This document shows, piece after piece, positions 1-12,030 of a DNA stretch of 64,000 nt (positions are counted from its first letter, which is position 1; each line of letters begins with the position of its first letter). The DNA comes from Raillietiella orientalis. Its lineage: Eukaryota. The notes below the pieces were generated by a model that saw nothing but the letters and a program-made list of their open reading frames with translations, was not told the origin of the DNA and did not search any database. A program made the translations under genes and the position numbers. The stretch lies in the NCBI GenBank assembly GCA_036172245.1, contig JAYWIR010000036.1, forward strand, positions 62,001 to 126,000. Reading direction: 5' to 3'.

Positions 1-82
1 TCTTTTTCTTCCTTTTTCTCCTCTTCTTCTTCCTCCTTCTACTCTTCATCTTCTTCCTCGTTTTCTTTTTCTTCTTGTTCTT
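1..82. repeat. Polypyrimidine (TC/TTC-rich) low-complexity tract
   Basis: Almost pure C/T run at the window start (tcttcttcttcctcc...). Confidence 0.85.
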
Positions 83-511
83 CTGACGACTTACGCGCGG
101 TTTTACTCTAAGCAAGAACGAGGGAAGTGGAAGGGAAGGACAGGAGGGGGAGTGTTTAGAACGAGAGAACGAGCTCTGAAAGTCACCTCTTTCCCCGCCC
201 TCATCCTCGCTCTCCTCGCAGGCAAGAGTCAGGAGGTCTTCACCACCACTCCATCCTCTCCTCGAGCAGCGAAGTGCAGAGTAGGTCACGGAGTCTCCAC
301 GTATCACTTGCCGCCCTCCCACCCCCGCACGCGGCGCTCCCTCTCCTTCCAGCAGACCGTCCGCCATTGCCAGGGACGTGATTTCTTCCACCGCTGGCGT
401 CTGGTGTGCCGGCGCAGCAGCAGCGCGAGCAGCGGACGTCCGCGACGACGTCTCCGTTCGTGGCGCAGCGCCGCGTGCGCGCGCGCAATGCGAGAAGGTG
501 GACTGTCACTC

Positions 512-2960
512 GGTGTGTTTATTTCATATAAGATAAATAATCATGGTATTTGTGGTTGAACCGGTGGTCCAACCACGTGCAATTTAACGGGAGTCTGCCG
601 GGTTACCGGTGAGGTCCTCCACAGCAGCAGAGAAGATGGGAGCTAACAGAAGAACCAAAAATAAAAATAAATAAATAAAAATGGGGATAAAGTGGGGTGA
701 GGGAAGAGGTCACGTCCTGCTGGAGGCGGTTCTCTGCTCCTTTCGATAATGCTGGCAAGTTCTTGTTGCATGCTGTTCTTCAGGTGAGGTCATCTCGTTG
801 CCATCCTCATGAAGCGGGCGGCAAAGTGGATGTAGCATCCCTGTCGCTCGGTCCTCCTCTTGAGTCGCTCCAGGCAGCGATGATCCCTCGTAGGCAGCAG
901 AGAGCTGCGAGCGACGCTGCTGGCCGAAGTGCGTCGCGTAGGAGGAGGGGTCGTAAAACGTCCCTGGAGTTGCCGCCAGGGGCTCCTAGGGCCGTGGCGA
1001 AGCGTTCTTAGAGGGGTCGGTGGGCAAAGGCACAATCCATAAGCAGGTGCAGCAGAGATTCACGCTCCCTGCACCTGCCACAGTCTGGGTCAACATCCCC
1101 TTGTGTCCAGTGATGCCCGCGGGCATTGCACGGGAAGCCCCAGCGCATCAGCATCAGCGCTGACTCCTATCACTTCAATGGGAGGGTGTGCGTGTCCAAA
1201 AGCACCGGAGGCCACTGCAGATCTTCCTCAGAAATGCCCAGTAGCAGCACCCCTCAGCATGCGAGAGGGTGGAGGGAAGCACGAAACCGTCCTGAACGAG
1301 GGAATGCGTCCCCACCCACACCGCGCCCTTGGCGATTCCCCGAATTCCTCCGTCCCCTCGCCCCTTCCCTCGAGGAGCCCCAAGTCTGCCCGTAGGGGAG
1401 GGAGGCGCGCCGGCGGAGTCACGGACTCCAGGCAGGAGGCGGGGGAGAGCGCCCCCCCCAACGCGCCCTGTGACCGCTCCGACATCCGCCGCCGTCGGCG
1501 CCACTTTCCCCGTCCGCGCGCGCGCTTTCATTGTTGCCTCACTTCCCGCTTCCGGTGGGCTCGCAACTTCTCGAAACTTTGATAACAATGGAAAAGGAAA
1601 GGCGGAATGCGTTTTTTTTCTCCCCTCCGCCCTCCCCTTGTCTCTCCTTCCCCAACTCCCGGGATGAGTTCCTGGGCGCTTAAGTAGAGGTCGTTGGTCC
1701 TTCGGACGGAGAGGAGGAGCAAAGGGAAACGCCCGGCGTCACCCAAGGCGACGGAGGGAAGATCTACGAAAGAGAATCGGACGAGGAAGGTCTCGGCTGC
1801 ACCTGGAGGGAGGCAGGCTCGGAGGAATAGGCAGGATGAAGAGCAGAAAAGGGAGAGGAGGATCCTTTTCACAAGTCGATCCCTCTTCCCGGGATGGGCT
1901 GGATTTCGGTCCCCGTCCACTTTTTGCCGCGCGCGGCAAAGCAGCATCTGGGGGAAATAAGGCAGGCATTTAGGAGTCAAGAAGGCGTAGCGACAGGAAG
2001 GGGAAGAAGAGCCAGAAGGGAAGGGCAGCAGGGGAGGGGAGGCAGGAAGAGAAATAGGGCAGGAAATCAGGGGGTCCACGTTTTCATCCACTGCCCTACT
2101 TTTCGCCTCTTCCCAGCTCCTACCCGTCTCCTCTCCTTGACCGCACGGTTCCCGCTAGGTGCCACACTGACCTTCTTGGTAGCTGTCAGGAGCAGGGAGA
2201 GATTTCCGCTCCTCGGGGCTTTTGCATATCCCGACGCAACTCGGAGGAGCCTCCGATTCCGCTGTTGCTGCCCGTTCCTTCAGCAGCAAGCCCCTGAGCC
2301 GGAGGTAGTCGCCGCCACGAGGTCCCGTCGCCTTCCCAGCGAGGCGCTCCCGAAAGCTTTCGCCAGCGGCGTTCGTCCAGCGGCGGCGACTGTTGCCGAC
2401 TGCGGCTCTCCCGCCGGCCAGTCGCCTCGTCCGCCGATGCAGAGTCGGCTCGCCTTCCCTCCTTCCCAGAGATTCGGCGCAGGACCCCTCTGCTTCCCCT
2501 CCCTTGGCTCCACCGGCCACATCCCTCCCCCCCCTCCCCGATACTGCGATGGTTCGGGGGAGTCGGGGACCGCTCGCAGGCTGGATTGGAGGTGGTGGCG
2601 ACCCCACCAGCTTTGCAAGGATTCTCCAGGAAGCGCTGACTCGCCCCCCCGCCGCCGCGTTCTCCTGGGACGGACGTTGCGCTCTTCCCTGAAGGATTCC
2701 TGAGGGAATTTTGTGCTCTCGGAAATCGATTTCGCGATTTTCCGAACGCGCCTCCTCCGTGTTAGTCGAGGTGTTTCCGCGGAGCTGCCCGTCGCTTACC
2801 TCTTCGCCACTCCGTCCGGCAATGGTTCAGGGCTCTGGCGCAACGGCAGAGCCAGAGTGCCAAACGTCTTGCGGGGCAGGGTTGCCACCAGCGTCCCTCC
2901 GCTGCCAACATCGCTCTGGCTCTGGGTGGAGCATCGAAGGGCAACAGTGCCATCCAGGGT
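512..2960 (-). mobile_element. Degenerate L1/Tx1-like non-LTR retrotransposon (3' zinc-knuckle region plus ORF1-like 5' region, internally deleted)
   Basis: Minus strand 1170->1010 translates LMRWGFPCNARGHHWTQGDVDPDCGRCRERESLLHLLMDCAFA*, the C-x2-C...H-x4-C knuckle typical of the ORF2 C-terminus of L1/Tx1 LINEs; AATAAA on minus at 523-518; stops and frameshifts present. 1400-2550 is collinear by eye with 13080-14060 (+). Right boundary approximate. Confidence 0.65.
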
Positions 2961-3818
2961 TCCCTTCTTTCTCCTCCTCTTTTTATTCCCCCTCCTCCTC
3001 TTCCTCCTTCTCTTCTTCCTCTTCTTGCGGTGATGAATGGCGAGCGGTGGAGGATGATTGGATATCCCACCGCTTCTGTCGTGAGTCACTCCTCCATCTC
3101 GACGCTTCAGCTTCCGTGTTCCTAAGAGACATTCGCTTGGGGAAAAAAAAAAAAAAAATGGCCGTCGTTCGTGTCTCTCCTTTTTTTTTCTTGCGTGAGT
3201 GTGGAAGCTCAAAGCTCTCGCCCCTTTCTTATCTCTTTTTTCTTCCTGACTACTAAAGCGTGGCGCTTCCCCCTCCCTCCCTCTCCCCTCCCCCTCCCTT
3301 CTCCTTCCCGCTTCTGTGTTTCGTCCCGGATGGAATCCCGGACGGCTCGCATCTCTGGGAACGGGTCTTGTCGGCTCAGCCCGGAACTCGACCCCTTCTC
3401 CACCCCTGCGTTCCTTTTCGGAGCTTCGGATAAGAAACGCGGCGTGCGGGCGCGCGAAATCCGTAGGGAGAGGCCGTAGGGGTGAGGAAAACCGCAGGCT
3501 GGCAGCGGCTTTTTGTTTTCCGCGAGCGAGAAAAAAAATAGGAGGCGGAAAAATAGGAAGGAATTCGTGAAATGCGCGAAACGGTTGCCGTGTACGATGA
3601 ACGCTGCACGCTGCACGCTGAACAAGAAGGGAGGGAGAGGAAAGGGGGGGGGGGAGGGAGAAGAAACGAAAATGATTTTCTCGTTCTGAGAACACCAGTG
3701 AGTAACCTTGAATTACTCCTGCTGATAGTTAGGAAAATGGCATTGCCAGAGGATAATCTGGCTCCGTAAGAAAGCCCAAGTTAGCCATCAGAAAAACCAC
3801 TTTTACTTTACGTTCTAG

Positions 3819-4950
3819 CAACTTGGCTATTTAAAGGATCCCAGCGTGGATTCTGACCAGTTGACCAACGGTCTCTCTTGTGTCAGGAAACGAGACACCA
3901 TGATATTCCTTGAGGTAAGAGGAATGAATGAGCCCATCAACGAAGCGGGGGTTTCTTGTCTGTTTATCCTCCTGATGGCGCGCTGCTCTTTCTTTCGCTC
4001 TGCGCGGAATCCACACTGATCTGCGTGGTTTTCGCGGTGCCATGGCGACGCGTGTCTTCCCGTGCACCGGAAACCGCTTCCCTCAGTTTTCTGCTGAAAC
4101 GAGCGCGCGCGTCTGCAGGAGGAGCCGCTGCTGGTCCGCAGGCATGGCGAGGCACCCGAACACCGTCTGCCGCCCATGCGCTGGCAACCAGACCGGCAGC
4201 GATCTCTTTGGGATGCTTCCGTTGCAAACTTTCGCTTTCTTTGGGCGTCCTTCCTGTGTGCCTCCGCATCCCGCATCGTGTCGCGCGTCACTTTTACCGC
4301 TTGTGACCCGCGGAGTTCACATTTCCGCGAGCAAAGCGAACCACCCTTGGCATCCAGCCGCTGCTTCGAGACCGAACGCGTCCGCATCGCATCGACTCTG
4401 TACAGACTCTGCCGGCGGTTCCCTCGACTCTCCTTTCAACCAGAGCGGGAAGGATACCACCTGGGCGCAGACGAAGAGCTCGTGAGCGAGCCACGTGAGT
4501 CCTTGGCTTGAGGCTTTCGGGAGGACTTCCAGATGAGGAGTGGTGGCAGCATGCAGAGCCCGTTTCGCAGCATCTTCGAAACAGGAGACGGATGCAGTCT
4601 CTCTGGATTCTTTCCGGACGCCACACCCTTTGGTTTCCCGATTCATAGTTTGCCGTAATCCTCCTCGTTTGATATTCATCATACTGACGCACTGTAAAAG
4701 TACCGCACCAGGCAGGCAGCGAAGGCACGGAGATGCCTAGTCAGAAGCGCAGCTTCCCGCCAACTGCCGTGGCTTTCGCTTGCACGTGCGCGCGCGCGCG
4801 AGCGCGTGTGGAGCGAAATCGCTGTCGTGGGCGTCCCAGAAGCACGCTCGGCAGTGCAGCAGACACGCGTGTTTCCTTTCCATTCCTGGACCATGGATGG
4901 GTTCCTCCTTGCCAGTTCCTTTCACACGTGGAAACACGCGCGCGCGCGAA
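3819..4950 (+). other. Putative multi-exon gene or pseudogene of unknown family
   Basis: Exon-like segments with good splice signals: 3819-3914 (cgttctag|QLGYLKDPSVDSDQLTNGLSCVRKRDTMIFLE|gtaaga), 4119- (EEPLLVRRHG...NFRFLW), 4407-4494 (LCRRFPRLSFQPEREGYHLGADEELVSEP|gtgagt), 4533- (EEWWQHAEPVSQHLRNRRRMQSLWILSGRHTLW). No start codon or family recognised. Confidence 0.3.
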
Positions 4951-5925
4951 CCGGGAATCCATTCCAGCACATCCCTGCAGCGGGCAAACAAACGCGCTGG
5001 CCATCTCAGCAGGAAGCAAATCCTCGAACTTTTCCAAGGTCAAGGAAGGAAGCAGGAAATCGATCTTGACACTGGGATGTAGGCCTTGCCACCTCTGCTG
5101 GGCTTTCTCACACCTCCGCCATCCTATCGAAGATCAAGATAATCGAGTTTTTGTCATGCACAATTTCAATGGCAGCGCTTAGCAATGACCGCTCCGTGCA
5201 GCGTCGCCGCCAAACGTGGAGAAAGTGACGAAGAGCCAGGGTAAAGACACTCTGACTTCAAGAGTGTAACGAGTTCGAGCGGCAGAGATGCGAAGATGCG
5301 ATCTTGAGGGAGTCGGGAAAACTCTTCTTCCTCAAAGGGGTGCAGATCGCTCTTCGCAAGACCCGAGCGCAATGCAAAACGTGCAACCCGAAAATACACG
5401 AGTGCCATCGCAAGGTCACTCACCTAATGTGGTCGCCGCGAGATACAAATCGGAACGGCTACGCTGAATAACAGCAATCTTCGGATGCTGTTGTCGTAAC
5501 CTCAAGATGCGCAGGATTACTGTTCTCTCAAAGCTGGGATGAACAGCGACAACTAAAAGTCCGCCTCGCATAAAGCGCGCCCACGCTTGAAATCCAAAAG
5601 CAAAGAGATTCGGCGAGATGATGCAACTTTTCATCTTTCCGTATTATGAAAAGGAGAAAGAGTGCTCCGTTTCGTGGGGACTCTGGTTCGCCCCCTTCGT
5701 CTTGACGCGCGTCGGACCGAATTCGCCAAGCCGAACTCCTGCGGACCGCGGATCCGGTGCTCATTCCAGACTCACGTCTTCCGCTGGTGAGCACGTGCCC
5801 CCCATCACGCGACACATTCGCTGCGGAGAAACGAGAGGCCCGCGATCGCATGTCCCTCGGACCGCATTAAGAAAGCCAGAATGGGTTCAAAAATCTCAAC
5901 ATGCTCATGGGGTTAACCTCAACAG

Positions 5926-7482
5926 GCGCTGCCCGTCATTGTGGCACTGGTGGTATGCTCTGAAGTAGCTTCCCAACTAAGTGTGCCGACTTTCGAACTT
6001 ATCAATGGGGTTCCAAAGAACTTCCTCAGACGGTCCCTCGAGCTTATGGAAGCGGGAACACCTGCAGAACAGTGGAACCTCATCTATCCTGAAGATGAAC
6101 TGGCTGAGGAACAGAGAATTATTGAGAGTTTTGCGATAGGTTTGTCAACTAAAATAAGCCAGATTAAACCTATAGGTCAATCTCTGTTATCCTTATGAAC
6201 AGGGAATAGTCGAGGTAACATACCATCGACATACAGTGGCCTCTTAGAGCAGTCACCACTCGGAGTAGACCGGACGCAACTGATTAAGGTTTCTGACAGC
6301 AATCAGTTTCAACAGACTGGTTCCTCAAGAACTTCTGTGGCTCCTAGCAGCTTGATTAAGGTTTCTGACAGCAGTCAGTTTCAACAGATTGGTTCCGCAA
6401 GAACTTCTGTGGCTCCTAGCTTGATTAAGGTTTCTGACAGCAGTCAGTTTCAACAGATTGGTTCCGCAAGAACTTCTGTGGCTCCTAGCAGCTTCCAGTC
6501 TTCAGGATATAGTACTATTAGACAAGACACTGCCCCCAAACCAACTGTATCCACTGCTAGTGGATCATCTAGTCAATTCTCTCAAAGTTCCTCCTCGGGA
6601 TTTGGCATTTTGGGTGGAAGCCAAGTAATCCAGCCATCTGTTGCTTCTGTGGGTGCTTCGTCCAATCAGTTCTCTCAAAGCAGTTCAGCGTTTGGTTCTC
6701 AAGGAGGAGGATTTTCTGGTGTTAAGCCAACTGTCTCTTCTGGTGCATTTTCTAGTCAGCGGGTTCAAAGTTCTTCTTCGGGATTTAGTCGTGCTGGAGG
6801 AGCTACTATCGCCAAACCAGCTGCCTCTACCGGTAGCACAGCATCCACTCAGTTCTCTCAAAGTCACTCAGGATTCGGGACAGGTAGAGCTCCATCCAGA
6901 ACACTTGTCTCCGGTAGTGATGTAAAAACGAGTTCGTCGTACACAGGCAGCTTTGATTCTGGCGCTCCCAGCGTTGACTCGTATTCTTCCGGCGGAGGAA
7001 GACAGAAAACATATACTCAGGCAAGTAGCCACTCTGGAACGCCATACCGAAGGCGGCAATGATTTTTTCAGACATCTAGCTACAATCAGATCTCAAGTGG
7101 CTCACAGTCTCTGCCTGTATCTGGAGGAGGCATCCACAAGCACTTCTTTGCCTACGTCGCTCCCGACGAGGCAACTGGGGAAGTCATCAAAATACAAGGA
7201 GACACAAAAAGAGAGAAACACTACAAATTTCTGTTCATCAAACCACCGGCCCAACCTGCACCACAACTGGAGATTCCTGCACTTTCTGCTGGCCCTGAAG
7301 TGAAGACTCTGGTGTATCTTCTGCAGCCTCAGCCCAAGCAGTTCCAGCTGCCCACGATCCAGAGAACTTCGACTCAGAAACCAGCGCCGCCGAAAGTGTT
7401 CTTCATCAAATACAGACAAAACCAGAGGAACAGGAGGGAATTTCCGGAATATCCAGAAGTGGAAACGGAGGCGGAGGAGTAA
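5926..7482 (+). CDS. Tweedle-family (DUF243) cuticular protein with long Ser/Gly/Gln-rich N-terminal region; first coding exon not located
   Basis: Exons 5926-6139 (signal-peptide-like ALPVIVALVVCSEVAS), 6203-7020, 7072-7482 (TAA), all phase-compatible. Last exon has the four Tweedle blocks KHFFAYVAPDE, KHYKFLFIKPP, EVKTLVYLL, KPAPPKVFFIKY. AATAAA at 7551-7556. Confidence 0.85.
6280..6492 (+). repeat. Three in-frame tandem repeats (72/69/72 nt) encoding LIKVSDS(N/S)QFQQ(T/I)GS(S/A)RTSVAPS(S)
   Basis: Units start at 6280, 6352 and 6421; units 2 and 3 read identically over 69 nt. Confidence 0.95.
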
Positions 7483-7585
7483 ATAGCTGCCGTTGTGATA
7501 CCCGAACGTTACCTGAACATTTCTCTAGGGATCCGCTGATCTCTCTTAGCAATAAAACTCGTTGATTTCGAATTTCCTTCCTTCA

Positions 7586-10200
7586 TTATTAGTTCTTTTG
7601 GATGCGTCCACTGTATAAGAGAAGCGGCATGCTCTCCATCTCCTCCGAACCACAGAGCTCAGCGGAGAGTGGCCTATAAAGCTTGTCCTGTGAGGCTGAG
7701 TCGGAGAGATGGAGAGAGAAGCGGGGTGGACCTGGTTCAAGAAAAGTCCACTCTTCGAACATCTACCCCCTGGTCATCTGATGCCCGGTTCTTGATGTTT
7801 CCAGAAGCTGATCCTTCTGTAATGCTCAAGATGACGAAAGATTAGCAAAAGAGGCAGCCTCTCTTTCACCCCCATACTGCTTTCAGGAAGAGACCTTTAC
7901 TGTTGCTTGAATTTCGAGGTGAAGAGAGAAGAAGATGAAAAGAGTGGAAGGTCGTTTCTATCTTCCTTCCCATCACCCGGAGTTGTCATTCAACCTCTGG
8001 TTCGTTTCTTAGCCGCCGACATCCCCATCAGCTAACTCACATCACCTTTTTCTGGAAGGAATCGCCTCGGCGCGACTGGAGCTCGCGTGCATTTCGCTTC
8101 GGTTTCCTGACTGCGTGCACATTTGCAACCTTGGATTCATTTCTAAGTTCTTCGCTGTAAGGAAAGCACTGTCTGTACGGGAAGACAAGTTGGCAGAGGA
8201 GCTGTATTGTTTTTCAGGGTTGCCTTCATTTTGTTTTTTTGTTTTCTTTCTTTCGACATGGAAGCTCGCTAATTGCCCTTCATGCTTCAGGATGGAATCC
8301 GTCATAGCATGAAGCCACACGGTCTGCTCACGCCACCAGTATAACTCACCTTCTTGATCCCCGAGCTTTTTTTTTCTGAAGAGCACACTGTGTCGTCAAA
8401 AAAAAGCTCGAGCTTCTCTTCGAAGCTTCCTGGAAGCTTCCTAGACCATGATGCAGCTGTGAAAAGATTTCCACCTCCTCCTCCTCCTCTAGTTATAATG
8501 GAGGCAGCGACGAAGGGACTCCAGAAGACTAATGGGCTGTGATGCACCATTTGTGTGAAGCCAATTGGGCGCATCAGCTACTCTACGGATGCCGTCCAGC
8601 AGCCATGATGGCGTATTTTCTTGCCCTCGTTTCCTCCCACCTCTCTCTCTCTGGCCGTTCCTTTGGACACGTGCCCTTTCTAGAGTCCATTGTGGTGCGC
8701 TACGAGACGAAGCCATGCTTCCTTCCTTCCTTCTGGACTGGTAAGAAGTACGGAGTTTTTCTGCCTCTCTCCCGTTTCGAAAGGCGGAATTCTGGAAATT
8801 TCTGGAAGACGGCTGGAACGAGCTGGAACCTTACATCCTGACGATATGCCTTTGCGCTGCTCAGAGCGGTTGCCAGCGCCTGACAGCGAGCCTTCCTGCA
8901 GGAGGATGGGAATTTCCTTCCTGTTCCTGCTGGTTGCGGGGGGGATTGGTGGAACGGAGGCTCTCTTGTGATGCAGATGCACCTCCCGCTCGGATGAGAC
9001 CGCACGCACCAGCCCTTTAGGTGACTTTGACGCGCGCTCTCGCCTGTCTCACAGCATAGGATTCAGCCTTGGCTCCTGCCAGGAAACGGACTAATGGCGG
9101 CTCCCATTCCCTCTGAATCTCGAAATCCCCGTTTCAAACAGTCTGTCCTTTTTGCGCGGAATGTGTTGTCCTCCGATTCCTGCTGCAAAACTCTTTCGGA
9201 CGTGTCCACCTATTGAATTCGAATGGACCAATCAAAATGAGACTTGAATACCGACGGATGGACCTTGACGTGAGGGTTCAAGAAAGGTCCTTGAGAATTA
9301 ATGGAGGCTTTTTGAAGCACTCGACGATGCTGACCAACTCTTCTGCTCGACTGCATGACGGAGTAGAGAGGGAAAACCACGCAGGTGCATAACTCGATTC
9401 CGAAAATCAGAAACGTCATGGCGATCGGGAAGAACGGAATGAATCTAGAGACTCTTCTTCACAGTAGTGAAAAAGAGTCTTTAGATTTAGGACCAAATCT
9501 GCGTTCGAATGGGACCGACTTGTCAAAATCGATGATCGTTCACGGCTTGCGAGGGACAGTGAGGTGGAAAACGGCAAAAAATAAAGATGGAATTCGAGAA
9601 CTCGAGAGGAGAATCTCATCGAGAGGAGAGATGGCATGGGGAGGGAGGGACCTCATGGTGAGTTCTTCCGGGCTCTCTTAAATGAGGTGGAACTTGAGAA
9701 TGGAGCGATTCACGTGTGACTGATTAAATACCTCTCTATTTCTCAGCTGGTTTCCTCGGAAGCCACAGGCCAACTTTTACACGAAGATTCGGCATGAAAG
9801 ATGCTGGAGAGCACGAGCACCACAATTTGGTGGATCACTCGCTCCAGTCACCACCAATCCATATTTACTGTGGCAATCATAGTGAGCTCAGTGACTCCTT
9901 AGGAGTTCCGCATGACTTACTTGAGGTTAATTTTTCACTTGACCGCAGTACAGCGTGATGATGACTCAGGGAAAGGAGAACTGATCTCTCAGATCTTGAA
10001 CATATGCGGTCCAACAACCCCAATTGAATGCCGACTGCACCCATGCATGTACTGCTGCCCTCTCCTGCACGCTCCTGGAATCAACTCCTACCGCAATATT
10101 TTGATGGGAGAATGAAGAAAAAGCTAGTAAGAATAGACAGACCGGCACACAAAACAATCAGTCAGAAGAGATAGCATTAACGTGATGCAGATGAGGTTCC
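7586..10200 (-). pseudogene. Putative decayed multi-exon gene for a single-pass membrane protein with Cys-containing N-terminal part
   Basis: Minus-strand exon-like blocks with GT/AG borders: NLICITLMLSLLTDCFVC (10200->), ACRRGQQYMHGC (10075->), TM-like FIPFFPIAMTFLIFGIELCTCVVFPLYSVM (9445->), low-complexity tail exons and a last exon ...EEMESMPLLLYSGRIQKN* ending near 7588. Frames cannot be joined without frameshifts. Confidence 0.3.
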
Positions 10201-10679
10201 TGAAAGCGAAGATTTCTTCAAATGAAGCAATGAAGGTGACTTTCAGTGCGTTGATACTCTCGATGATTTTCTCCAGCGATCATGATTTCCACTCCTTTCA
10301 GAAAGCTTTCCTGAACAAACGTCAGTGAACGAAGTAAGCCTGAAGCTTCTCGTGGATTAGCTCCATGCGTTCCAAATCTTTGGGTTTCGTGGTCATTTTT
10401 CCCTTCCTGGGTCATTAACATCGAAATTCTGCCAGTGGCATCACCACGGCAAAACCAAATCTCAAATTGAAATTCCACGTTGTTAGATAGATACACGAAC
10501 ACTAGCAGTTAGAACATACACAAGTTGCATGGAAGGCAGAGAACCAAAAGATGCAGCACTTCCGAAGAGCGATTCCTTGTGAATCTTATCACGGACACCT
10601 ATCCAATCTTAGGCCAAGCTTGGATCGAGTTCAGGCACCTTGAGCCTTGCCTTAGGAAACCGAGGAGATGATTCTAATT

Positions 10680-12030
10680 CACGTCCGTACTCCTCCAGGT
10701 GAGCTGAGAAAAGAATTATCGATGGATATGGGCTGGTGCCGCCATCGATGGTGGTGAATCTGGAAATTCTGGAATATCGATATGGTACGGCGGGATGGAA
10801 CCGAATGGATCAGTCGACACTGTTGAGGGTGAGTTGATGCCAGTGATGTTACCGCTCCCTCAAGCCACGATGGCGCCGTTTCTTGGAAACCTCGAAGCGG
10901 CTGGTAGAATTCAAGAGGCGAAAGCCCCACTCGTGCACGCACCCGTCTTCTACGCATGCCTACGAGCGAGCACACCTACACATCATCTAGGTGTGATGAG
11001 CCAAGATGCAGCTCCAGGCAAATTGCCTGGAGGTTCTTCTGAATGCTCGCGAATACTCCCATCCCAGAAATTTGGTGTGCCTTCGTCGCATCTTCCGTGC
11101 GCGCCCCTACCCCTCCTTCCTGTTCCACGGTGACGACTTAAGGAATCCATGGGGCACACCGTGAACCCCCTGCTTAGTGTCGGACCCGCCTCTTGCCGCA
11201 CTGGCGGCCACGCATGACACCATGCGACAGAGTGGACTTAGAGATGTGCCCGCAAGATGGGAAGTATCTTGCGAGATCGCGGGAAAAAAGAAGCAACTGA
11301 GATGCTGGACAGAGCGTCAGTTGGCTACTGCCCTCCCCAAGCGAATTCGTCGCTTAGCGCAACACCTGGATATTCCGACTGAAGATGCAGAGATACCCCT
11401 AGTATTTGTGGGTGGCTTCGCGCTCCTCCTGAAGTGGCGGGACTTGGCATTGCAGTTGTTGCATTGGGCGATTCCATGCAACGCACGAGTCAAACACTGG
11501 ACGAGGGGGGGTGCGTCCCCACCTGCGGGCAATGGGGACCTCCCCGCACCTGCTGTTGGATTGTGTTGCCCTTCTGAGAGTCTGGGAACGCTTCGTAACG
11601 GCCCTCCCGCTCCCGATGGCAACGGCAGAGAGGTCAATGCTGCGACTCTTCGTGCGCGACGCGATGTCGTCTGCATCTTCCCTCGCAGCTCCGTGCTGCC
11701 TTCGTGGGATCGTGGCAGCGAGAAGCCGTGAAGAAAGAGTCCAGTCGAACGTCGAGGTCATTGGAAGAAATCCGTGATCCCTTCCACCCTCCCACCCCAC
11801 CCCGCATTTTTGGAAGTAAATTTTCGTGTTTTTTTTTTGTTTTTTTTTTTGTTTACCCTTTCCTCACTCCTCCGGTGCGGACCTCATGGGGGAGGTGCTC
11901 ATTAGAAGCAGTGCCCTCGAGGCACTTCCCTTCGTAGTGGTGATGTGAAACCACTACGAAAAAACAAATTTTTTTTATTATTTTATGACTGTTTTTTTTG
12001 TAGATCTTTTTTTTTTTTTTTACAATAAAC
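10680..12030 (+). mobile_element. Degenerate L1/Tx1-like LINE, 3' part of ORF2 and T-rich 3' UTR
   Basis: KWRDLALQLLHWAIPCNARVKHWTRG...CGQ...HLLLDCVALLRVWERF (11430-11600, frameshifted) matches the knuckle of the 512-2960 element; GYGL motif near 10722; poly-T tracts 11820-12020 and AATAAA at 12024. Confidence 0.7.

Noticed and set aside
152..3700. Many long overlapping Arg/Pro/Gly-rich ORFs
   Set aside because: Expected in GC-rich, stop-poor DNA; no domain motifs, overlapping in several frames, and largely inside retrotransposon debris.
6280..6492. Repeat array as CRISPR or non-coding satellite
   Set aside because: No spacers; the units are contiguous, in frame and within a coding exon.
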